Origin: Gonapodya sp. JEL0774 | Lineage: Eukaryota | Direction: 5' to 3' | Length of the DNA: 45,534 nt | Assembly (NCBI GenBank): GCA_027604505.1 | Contig: JADIIX010000160.1 | Location: 1 to 45,534, forward strand | Shown here: piece by piece, positions 13,201 through 23,840 of the stretch | Layout: each line of letters begins with the position of its first letter | Position numbering within the stretch: position 1 is the stretch's first letter | The notes under the pieces: model-generated | Databases searched by the model: none | What the model was told of the DNA's origin: nothing | The model's input: the letters and a program-made list of their open reading frames with translations, nothing else | Program-made: the position numbers and the translations under genes

Positions 13201-14489
13201 ACGGTTAAAGACAAAAACAGTCCCCAGAGTCCCGTCGGAAGTTCTGCGCGTTCTCCATCAGGCCCACATGATGGTGCTTCTGAGCGAGTACAACCAGACA
13301 CCATTGGGCAAACGTCGTCCGCCATCAACTCTCGTGTTCACCAACAAGATGTCCTTGGAAAAATTGCGGTACGATGATTCGTTTAAGCTTGGTGAGAATA
13401 ATGAGCGTGCGGAATGCATCCAAAGTGGTGGTTTTGACGGTTCGCTCCCGGTTGGTGTTTTCTGGTCAACCACTGTTCCTCCTTTTAGCTCGGTACGTTC
13501 GCCAAGAACTCTCTTGCTCGGACACAGAACTTGAGCAGGCGTTTTCACATTTCCAGGATATTTGGGCGTGAGTTTTTCACTTCTGCGAGAGCATGGCAGC
13601 AAAAATCAGCTCAAGAATTACGGAGGTACCTTGTTTCTTACTATTTTTTGCTCATTCTTTTGTTACTTTTTGAAAACAGACTTGTCCCCGGCGGCCCCTA
13701 CCAGACTGCTCGCTCGCCGGATGCGCAACTCACCACTGTCCCTACAACTCAAGTCACGTTCGATCGTGTGACCAAGCGATGTACGTGCTTGGGTTACTTT
13801 TGGAACTGGAGCTCTCTGTGCAAGCACGCCCAGACAGCGGCGATCCTTGAAGACATTGCGGAGGGCAGAACCTCGGCGATGAAAATCAAAGAGAAGGTCG
13901 TGACATGTGAGAATATCAATCGTTTTGTTGCGTTGAGGATGAAGTCACTTCATCCAGGGAATCGCCCAAATCTGATTGACTTTTTGTTCTTATTTGAAAC
14001 AGATTTTCGTCACAGAGAACGCAAGCAGGTGTGTTGAGATCTCTTTGTATCGGCACAAAAGGACCAAGGAAAGGGTTATTGGTCTGAGTATCTGTGATGG
14101 CTTTAGGAACCCGCCATCTTGCGGAACCCAAAGATCGTTTCCTCTGATAATGGCACTGTTTGGGATGAAGTCAGTCGGTGAGTACCACACCAGCCACTCT
14201 TTCACTTTAGTGGTGCCGTGATGTTCTCCACCCACTTATCATTTGTTTCCGCGCATTCGCAGTCTTTACGCGCGATAGTGAGTCCAATTCAGTCCCGGAA
14301 TCTTTGAAATGTCTGAGAGTAAATTGGACACGCCTGTGTAATCTCCACTTCATCATCCTTCCAAGCGGTGATGCTGTGTTTTACTCGTGGGGTCTTCAGG
14401 AGACCGTCGACCGAGAAAACGGGGTGGTGCTCCACGCTTTTGAGACTTCTCTTCCCCGGAAGGGCGGCGCTACCGTGAAGGGAAGGTGA
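10284..14489 (+). mobile_element. Intron-rich Mutator-like (MULE) DDE transposase-type gene with N-terminal Cys/His Zn domain and C-terminal SWIM finger, probably degenerate
   Basis: CAGGETCERACGAVGTCTADC...HKCRVK...IHN (11150-11462). First-Asp-like motif IALDAKHKV (D at 11955), then FVLGFSLTSD and RCIFLNQAAV (CxxH-like position, H absent). SWIM C-x-C-x10-C-x-H (CTCLGYFWNWSSLCKH, 13780-13827). Second D and the E were not identified, no TIRs were seen, and boundaries are approximate. Confidence 0.55.
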
Positions 14490-15382
14490 GAATCCGACAG
14501 GATGAGATTATTGGACGAATAATCTTAATTCGTACGATCTTCTCTGTCACGCACCTATTAATTTGCACACCGTTTGGTGATTCTTTTGTTTTCGCCTCTC
14601 TCCACTCCACCAGGCCAAAGAATCGTGTACCTGGTCTAGCTGGGTTCCCTGAGTCGGTTAGGTGACAATTAAAACCTATTTCTTTTAGGTCCACTACCTG
14701 CGGAATATGGCGCACAGTTATATACTCTAGGAGTCTATTTCTGTCATCTGGGTAATTATTGTTCATGGAGACAGGCCCAAAAATTATTGCCGTGAATCGG
14801 CATAATTGGTTTGCATTCGGTGATTATATCGATACTTGCTCATGGCGACAAACTGCGAGCGCAGTTTGAACTAAATTAAGCCCCTATAATTGAGTGTGAG
14901 CACTATGTATGCAAGGAGAGGGGGACGTCTTCTTAGCCCTGAGTCATGAGTGATGGGACGTACCCCTCGCGCTAATTGATCTCCAAAGCCCATTTCCACG
15001 GCACGTGAAACCGGAGCAATTAAACATTTCAAATCGACAACCCGCTACTCAAAACGTTACAAAAAGCACTACTAAAGCCAGTGTCATGCACATATTCATA
15101 TTTGGGGTGTCATCCCACCTGAGAGGTGGAACTTCAATCATCTCGCAATCGAATCATTCCATTTCACACAAACCTTAGTCATCCCAATTCACCTTATTCA
15201 ACTGCTGTATCAAGGTAAAGGTGTCTCGTTTCTTCTTGTGCACGTTCTCCCGCCCAACCAAAAGCACCTATAAGCCCACCAAGCAAAAATTGGACACAAC
15301 AAAATGCATACCACAAACACATGGTGAGATACATGCAGGTTGCAAGGAGGCATTCGGTGAGTTTTAGAATCCTACTAGTTCA

Positions 15383-18300
15383 CTAAGTCATCCTTGCCCA
15401 TTTACTCACTGCCGCCTTCTTGTCCCCTTTCATGTCAAGAACGTTCTTCATCATCTTTCGCACATGCTTAAACCGCTGCGAATCCCGGAAACACGTGATT
15501 GTTGCGGCGGCGAGTTCGCGGAACTGGAGTTCACCTGGAGGGAGCGATTGTTCCGAAGTGGGGTCTTCAGCGGGAGGGAGCGATGTTTCCGAAGTGGAGT
15601 CTTCAGACGGAGGGAGGGGCAATGCTAAAACTGGAGTGCGCGATGGTTCTGAGTTCGGATCTTCGGCCAAGAATTCGAGTGGCAATGCTAAAGCTGGAAC
15701 ACTTGAAGATGGTACCGAAGGGAAACTTGACCGGCCAGGGCGACAATCTCTACAAGCCATACGTTCTGGATGCGGGTCTTCGGCCAGAGGCAGCGGCAAT
15801 GCTAATTCTGGAACGCTTGAAGATAATACGCGTTGAGGCGAGCTTGACCGGCCAGAGCGCGGCCTTCTTTAAGTGACGAACGGAGCAGCAACATACACAC
15901 AAAAAGTTGTCGTCATTATCGTTTACCGAAGAACGAAGAACAAAGCTTTGTTAGCATTGCAATTGATGCGACTGCTGCACCCGAACACCAGGTTGGAAAC
16001 TTCCAATAAAATGTACCTGATATGTGATCCAACCTCTACCATGATTGCCCAGCGCATCGTTTCGGATAAAATAAACTACTCACTTCAAAAACCTGGGAGT
16101 GGGTGGCAAAGAAACTGTGGGCGACGGGCCCCTCTTTGTCTTATGTGCACCTGGGAAAATGCGTAGCGATTTTGGAGCATGAACAGTCGTTGTGGCTGGT
16201 GGAAGTTGATGGGTTTTAGATCCCTTGCGCAGAAGCGGTGTTGCGCTTGAGCTCGAACCGAGGATTGTGGACGTGGAAGCTGGCATGGGTCGCCCGAGTT
16301 CCCGACGAAAGCTGCGAGGTTGTGCTACAACTACATCAGCCAACTTTCCTGGTGGGTGACGCGTAGTGTCTCCTGAGGGCCTTTCCCCGCGGTGATCAAG
16401 ATCATCAGCCTCTGTGCCGCCCTGTTTGTTTCTGTTGGACGATTGCACGTCCCGATCAGACGGCTGTAAGCTATCCATAGTGGCATCTAGTGCAGGAAGC
16501 GGTACTTCGGGTGGTGTGATACGACCTTCTGGGATAATTGTTTTTATTGGGATGTCTTCTTGTCGGCCATCACCTTCACCTTCGAGTGGATAATCCCAGT
16601 CTACCGTAGCATTGTCGTTGGGGTACCGATCGGAGCCATCGTCGGAGTCGGGCGAATCGCGAAAGTCATTCGGGTCGCGGTCGCTGATCATGTCGAACAT
16701 GCCCCTGGAGTCGTCCGAGTCCTCGGAGTCCTCGGAATCAGACTCAGACGCGAGACGACCAGTGCCATCGACACTGCCCCCACGGTGGTCGTCGTAGTAT
16801 CTGTGTTGGTCCACCTCCAAGTCCATTCCAAGCGTCTCGTTCTCCGGGACGCTGTTATCAGCCCAGAATCGTTGGCCATTGAGTGTTTCCGGCTCACCGT
16901 TGCAATAATAATCCTCGTCCAGCTCCATATCGTGCTCCCTGTCGGCAGTCCCCAATGGCGACGGGTGCTCAGGATCCTTCCCCTTGCCACCCTGCTTGGT
17001 CCCGTTCATGTCCAGTTCTGAATGATCCACCTCGGTATCCATTTGCACATTATTCCGCAGGTCCAGATGCCTATAGGCTGGTGAGTCTCTCGCAGGCGAA
17101 CGGCGTTTCTTATATCCCCCATGCCCCTGCTCCCTCACTGGCTCATCGCGAGTTGCTGAAACAAAGTCGTGCCCACGCGATCCAGACGGTGATTTCAATG
17201 AGGATACCATTACAGAAGTGAATGAATTCCCAGAATCACCCGATACACTGCCCTGGATAACAATAGTGGCTTTGGTGTTGGGGCGCAACATAGATGGACG
17301 AGGAGAGCGAGAAGGAGTGGAGTTGGGGAGAGCCTTTGATGGGGGCGTGGTCAAGGAGGATGGGGGGGCTGACAATGGGCCTACGGGGAGGAGTGAGGAG
17401 GGTGATAGTGGCGGCGAGGGTGTGCGTCCGGGTGATGGTGTTGGCGAAGGTGAGGAGGCGGGACGGCCACCTTGATGCATCCCAAGAGGTTACAGCAGGA
17501 GAATGCACGGTTTTAATTGAAAGGGCAGTTGGATGAACACGAAAGATGTTCAGGTTACCATTAGACAATTGAGCGAAGAAAAGAACAAGCAATAAACGCC
17601 TGTAAAAGTTGAATGGCCGGCGCCATTAACTCACGTTTCAAACCCGACGAACCAAAACTTTGCCTTGAAACGCGGGTATCCTGTGAACCTCTGTCTTCAT
17701 CCAAGGACGCTCTGGCCTCATTCACGGACAAACGATCGTCGAAGGCCCGTTGGGCGGGTGAGGTAGTTTCGGAGTTGAAGGAGAGGCCGGGGGACAGCGA
17801 TGAGGTGAATCGTGAGTTGGTGCTTTCGAGGGATGGGAGGGTGGGGTTGTGTGTCATGGAGCCGGAGCGGGACGGAAGTAGTGCGTTAATCGAGTGACGG
17901 CCCGAACGAGCTGGGAATGGTGGGTGGGGACTTGAAATGTTGCTAACATGTAAAATGTCGAAAAAGGATGGTGACAAGTGTCGAGATACATCGAGCAGGG
18001 AGTTTCTAGTTCGCGCAGGAGAACGGATGTCGGCAATAATCTCGTCGACATAGTTTTGTCTCGGTTTGTCCCATAAGGGTGACATCGGCTGTGCCGGCTG
18101 CATCAGCTCGGATCTCCACGCTCCCAACGCCGAGTCGCGCTTAATTGTCCGCACTCGTTGTGGCGTTGGTGGTATCTCTTCGTCCATGTCGCGTTCAGTG
18201 TCGTGGGCTTCCTCCCAAGCCTCTCGACAGACCTCTCTCGCGGCCTTCAACCCCATCCATTTCCGTTTCCTGCGCCCCTTCTTGTTCCGATTGCGCTCGC

Positions 18301-18388
18301 GGCGCCGCTGATCCGCCTCGGTAACGGCCAAAACTTGCTTCATAGTGTCAGAGACGAGTGAGGGCGTCATCGCTTCCAACGTCCACAT
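15383..18388 (-). CDS. Low-complexity, intrinsically disordered protein(s), S/P/D-rich with a basic NLS-like stretch; probably spliced
   Basis: Collinear minus ORFs 17561..18388 (RRRERNRNKKGRRKRK), 16080..17480 (466 aa) and 15383..15799. Confidence 0.4.
15537..15835. repeat. Coding tandem/dispersed repeats
   Basis: 36-bp tandem pair at 15537-15572 and 15573-15608 (ggagggagcgat..ttccgaagtgg.gtcttcag). Three copies of ggcaatgctaa..ctgga further on. Encodes SLPPAEDPTSE and PALALPL repeats on the minus strand. Confidence 0.8.
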
Positions 18389-18710
18389 TGATCAGAGATT
18401 CAAGTAAATCTCCCTCCGGCGATGGCAATCAGACATCTTTTCTGTACGGCCCCCTCTTGTTCCGATGTCTCAGAATGCGTGGCAGTTCGTCCCATCAAAA
18501 GAGGAAGTGCCAAATCCACCAGAGGAAAGAGCACGCCCAAAAAGAGCGAAGAACCAGAACTGAAATTCACTCTGTTAATGTAAACAACTAATAGCTACAT
18601 TCCGTTTCGAGTATCATTCGTCATGTCTTGGCTGCAAACATAAGACTGCTAGCACTGGATACTCTGACGTTCCGTCCCCAGCTACATTATATGGCGATCC
18701 GTCAATCGTA

Positions 18711-21020
18711 ATGTCGAACGCCGGTATTTTGTTTTTGCGGGGGTGAGTACTGTGATACCAAAACCGAAGACCTTTGAACCCTAAGTTCGATCATTATACT
18801 CAACTTCATATTCTGATATGTATATTCAAAACGCTCCTCGACTCTATCACACCAAATGCTGCTGAAATCGTGGTTCATCTGAAGAGAGCTCCACATGCCG
18901 GCTCAGCGATGGTGTTCGACATCAACACGACCCTCGCAGTCGCATTGGAGAAGATTCTTTCTGGCGGCAAGGCAGATAGTACTTTCATAACGTATGTTCT
19001 TTCAGATTAGTGCTCAGTTAACTGACGGATGGCCAAAACCTTGTCCGTTTACTTTCATGACCCTTTCTCCACATTAACCAGTTACGAAAACGCGCTCATT
19101 TGCATGGAATCCCTTCTGGGGATCAACGGAAGACCAGTTCCAAGAATCGAAGACGAAAAATTCTCCGTGGAATGTCTGGACATGCTCAAACTCGCTCTCA
19201 CTATCAATTGCTCCAGGAGCTACGTTGAGAAGCACACAGGAAGGCCCACAAACACGCGAATGATGACAGACGAAATTAGCAGTAAGTTTTCATCGGAAGG
19301 TTTCCCTTTGTGATTGTTTCTAAGGCCACGTTCATCTCGATCATATTCCGATTGGGTGTCGACTGCACTTCCAGACGAGCGTGTCATGTTCGGTCGTATT
19401 CCCGCGCGTGGTTTGTCCATGTCAACTGCAAGAATTTACGTCGCAGCCATGAAGTTCGTCTTTGGACAGCTTGGGATGAATAAACCTTGCGATCCCGGTG
19501 AGAGACAGTTCATAAACCTTCTCTCTACACATGTGGTGACACTGTAACATGCTAATGACCGATTCTTACTCTCTAGTAACGAAACGACGCAACTACGCCA
19601 AGTTTGATGACATTGAGGTCTATTTGTACGATTTTGTTCGTCTTCTCCTCGTATTGATCCAACTCATATCAAACTCACACTTTACGTAATCAGAACCTCA
19701 TGGCCAGCCTGAACCGGGACTACAAGACCGATGGAGGATTAGAACGCCATGCGCCCATCATGAGTGTCCCCGACATTCTAAAGTTCTACCGTTACTGTGA
19801 GCAAGGGGATCGCGAAGGTCGTCCTCTCTATCATGCGATGCAATATGTGCTGGTGTGTATACCAGTCACAAAAAGCACGAAGTCGATCTTCTTCTAACTA
19901 TAATTGACTAGGTTCTTCTCTCCACACTTACCACGAGTCGTGCCAGTGCGATGATAAACGTGCGCAGGAAGAACATCAGTTGGGGTCTACTTGTTCCAGG
20001 AACGTCAATCCCCCAATGGTACATAATCGGATTCGGAAAAGATAAGAACGAAAGCGGATGTGTGTCCTCCTTTTGTAGTCACTCCTTACTGGATCAATCA
20101 GGGTGCATACTAACTGCCTGATCATTCTCTCTTTATCGCTATCTGCACTTCCTTGGACAAGAACAGATCATGAGAAGATCATTATTCTTCAACTACAATG
20201 GACTTCCAGAGCTTTGTCCCTGTACTCAACTGACTCAGTATCTCAACCAAAGTGTCAAGGCCTGCCCAGACTCCCCGTGGCTGTTCCCCGCTTACACTCG
20301 TGCCGCAATATCAGGAACTCTCGTCCCTGAGCGTCACATACTCAAAGCGAACTTCGAAAATGCAATTGCACGATTCACGAGCGTTGTGGACGGTAATCCG
20401 CTTCCTTTTGCTGGTCTGCGACGTAAAGGCGCAGTAGCAGAAGATGCCGAGAACGATATCGAAGGAAGTGACTTGGACTATGGACAAGCGGAGGCCACCG
20501 CAGATGTCCTAGATGCAGATTTGAGCTTTGAGGAGGAAGGTGCATTGGAATTGTGCTACACGCAGGAGGGCTGTCGTGGTGTTCGTTACACCACACAGAG
20601 CTGCCGTCGTACTGGTGGGTGTAAAATAGTCGACAAGAGCCGTTGAATGCTCTTGGTTTGACTTCAATTGCACCTGCATAGGGATCACAATGGCGGAACG
20701 TGCCATTTGGGTGGTATTGCGAGATTTCGCAGTCGTGATATCCAGAGCAAGCTGAGCAGGCACAGAACGTAAGTTTGGTGAAGACCATCTGAGATAGTGT
20801 CATCTACTGGATGTTGTCCATTCCACTCTCTAGTCAATCGATCTATGACCTGTACGCTATGGACGCGGCTGATCTCCATGATCGCGCCGTGCGCAAGTAC
20901 GGGTTTGATCCAGTTGCCTCCGTTTATTCCTGGGAATCAATCGATCCTGACTTTTGTGGAGCGGCATCTGATATCCCCGAAATCCGAGCGAAGAGGATCC
21001 GGCAAGCGGGAAACCAGTGA
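18711..21020 (+). CDS. Intron-containing tyrosine recombinase (Crypton-like; no RT adjacent)
   Basis: Core-binding-like LSMSTARIYVAAMKFVF and linker RHAPIMSVPDI. Catalytic set: R in LTTSRASAMINVRRKNI (19939), K in GKDKN (~20040), CPCTQLTQYL, WLFP, box II YTTQSCRRTG (20587-20616), and SRHRT|QSIYDLY with H-x8-Y spacing (H 20761, Y 20853; intron 20769-20833). The start codon is uncertain. The junction at 20614-20682 needs an alternative donor or a 1-bp frameshift. Confidence 0.75.
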
Positions 21021-21259
21021 ACAGGAAATTGCCCCTCGAACCGATGGCTCTTGGCTATCATCCACGAAACCTGGTCCAATTAGGTCGCTCGCTTACGATT
21101 GAATCAATCATACCTTGGTATTGTATTTGATCCGCGTTCTTATGCAACTTTGACCAGTCGCTTGCATTGCGCCTTGATCATGTAAAATTGCAATAGTAGG
21201 TGTTCCATTGGACCAATCCACCGTAGTCGCTACTGCATGAAGACATCAAAGATAGTTAT

Positions 21260-23035
21260 CTATATTGGCAACGGGAGATGTATCAGTTCTGCGGTATTTT
21301 GTAGATGCGGCTTCACTCGATTGAACCAGTGCAGTACACGTCTCGAACGTGCGTCTGGATGATGCGAGCGATAAAGAGCGATTAGTAGTTGCCTTTTTAC
21401 GACAAGTACTTTCGAGTGAAGCGCCTTCATGATCAACATCCATGTTGGAAGTGATGAGGTGGTGAATGAACTTGATGACTGAGCCAGCTGATTCGGGTGA
21501 ACTCCGGACGTCCACCATCTTTCCGGATCACGGATACCGTAACGAAACGCGATCGCACCACGTACAAGTGAGGTTGATGAGCGATCGTCTCGATATACGA
21601 AAAGAAGCCCAGGTCTTGACGGATCGAAAAGCCGATCTCCTCGTATTGCAGTCGTCAATATGTATCTCTCGGCCGGAAACACTATCGCAGACTAGTCTGG
21701 TTCATCGCTCGCACTCGCGGATTAACAGTATACTATGAACTTGGTATCACGCTGGAATTCGGAGCTTGTTACATGCGAGCTTCTCCGGTTGCTCAAAGGG
21801 TCCTGAGTGACCGGATGGCAAATTACACCACATGAAAATTGTTGGTGGGCGGCCGGCACTGATTCATTTACTACTGCGGTTCGTGGTGCTATTCCTTTTC
21901 TGGAAAGGGGACTATTCCTTACCGATGGCCATTTCAAGAGAGTCCGAGGAAGAGTCCGAGGAGGAAAGTTGAACACGGGTGCTTCAATTGATATTATGTC
22001 TTCGCTTGTCATGTCCCGACTACACATATCACAGAAGTACTGCACTGGATTGGCATAAGTTTAAGTTGAGTTCCACTGCTGTACGGGTAATGCCATATTG
22101 TCTATTGAATCGTTCAACATCGAAGCCAACGTCCTTCAGCGCAGCGTATATTTTGCCGTAGTGTGACAATTTCTTTACCCATTGACGGGCGCCACGGTTC
22201 AGTACCCTTAAATACGTCCGATGTTCTTCGGTGACATTGATGTCGGTGCCCGGTTGGTTGCGACGAGCAGCATGAAGGATCTTTGGTGAGTGTTTGAGCG
22301 ATTTCCCGTTTCTGGTCAATCCAGAACCCTTTTCCCACTGTTCCTTCAGGATCCGTATGTCGTACTTCCAGTCCGTGAAATCCTCCGATGTTTGTGCGTA
22401 ATGGACCTCTGCAAATAGTGCGCCGAACAATGTCCGTGCAGTGGAAGAATATGTCACAATGAATCTCCCGACACTGAGGGGGACAGATTGTGCATACGAT
22501 AAAACGGTCTGAGAAGCTGCCATCGTGGTTGCGCTGCAGATCGACCAGGCTTCTACGCGCGCTCCGCGCCTTGACGGTGTGCGAGGATGAAGCCTATTTA
22601 ATGAAATGAACAGTATGAACTGGCTGACGGTGATATTTGTATACCGCCGCGAGTGGGTAATACTTTCCTCTGGCATTGCGACTTCTTCGTCTCACGCAAG
22701 GTTTTCGCAATCCATGCTTTTTCAACCCAGTCCACAGTGCCAGTGAAGACATCAGCATTCAAGCCTGTGTCAGCTGGCTTCGATACGGCTCCCAGAAATT
22801 GGAGGGTAAATGCCGGAACCATTTGACAAGCAGGATCGACGTGGTACATTAGCGATTCCCCAAACTGGTTGTGTCGAAACTCCGCCATTCGCAATCCATC
22901 GGGGATACCGTCAAGCAGCTCATGAAGTGCTGAAGTAGTATCTCCAAGTGGAAGTTGAGCTTTCCGTTTGTAGTTTCCCGAGCAGTGCCCAGCACTTGAT
23001 GGTATTTCGATCAGCAGTCCACCTGCTGGTAGCAT
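21260..23035 (-). CDS. Hypothetical protein convergent with the recombinase (spliced or frameshifted)
   Basis: Collinear ORFs 22598..23035, 22029..22676, 21722..22045 and 21260..21682. Possible CxxC...CxxxCH (FCDMC...SCGVICH). 12-bp in-frame duplication at 21939-21962. Confidence 0.4.
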
Positions 23036-23683
23036 TAGAAGAAAGCGGCTACAGGCAGAAGAGCAATGAACTGCAGCTGGAGGATGACTGTTCGCAATGG
23101 CGTGAGAACCATACCTTTGGAGAAATGTTGCGGCACTCTTGGAGCAACGAAGATAGTCGACTCGTCAGCCCTCTGAGATATGTGATCAAATATTTTTTGT
23201 TGAGACAATTACAGCAAACCGGAGAATAATTCCTGTGGGCCTAAGCAGGGTTTTCTGTCGCGTGACACTTTCCAAGGACTCCCAGACGGGAGAAACCATT
23301 GATCCTTGTTGGTTCTGCTCTTGTGTGGACCGTGCGCCTTTTCAATTAGTCCCCAACAAATCCTTGTCTTCCCGCTCTGGCACCACCCAACCCCGTCCCA
23401 GTCCCATCCATCGGTCCCATGCTGACTACCCATGATGGTCAACAAACCTTTCCAAATTCGCTTGCACCGACGAGTAACGTCACCAACATAATAATACACT
23501 CCCAGCATATTGAAGGTCATGCCCGCGTTCACGTGGGCAACTCTAACATCCAAGGCTGGAGGTAAGCTCCACCATTCAAGGCTCTGCGTGCTTACTGTCC
23601 GTACCTGTGACCGATGTAATATCATGAACGCCATCAGTGCTCCCCAATCCAGAGTTGATGCGAACCCTGGCTCCTCCCCGCCC

Positions 23684-23840
23684 CACTACTACATTCCCTT
23701 TTCGAGAAAAAAACGTCCTCGCAACCTTGAAAAGAAAGCTCTTTGACGATAAGGACTGTCAGAGGGCAGCTCTTGTGGGACTCGGTGGGGTGGGAAAGAC
23801 GAAAGTTGCACTCGAGTTTGCGTACAGACTACAGAGTGAA
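23684..23840 (+). pseudogene. Fragment of a fungal NLR (NB-ARC/STAND) nucleotide-binding domain
   Basis: HYYIPFSRKKR / VLATLKRKLFDDKDCQRAALVGLGGVGKTKVALEFAYRLQ, with Walker A GLGGVGKT at 23778-23801. The usual FVGR motif is missing at a frameshift and no Walker B follows. Confidence 0.7.

Noticed and set aside
22830..22860. YHVD as an HxD motif of another dioxygenase
   Set aside because: No matching distal His or strand pattern; likely chance.
1..23100. Endogenous giant virus or Polinton interpretation of the orphan-gene block
   Set aside because: No capsid, packaging ATPase, PolB or primase-helicase motif recognised, and the genes are intron-rich. Not excluded without HMM searches.
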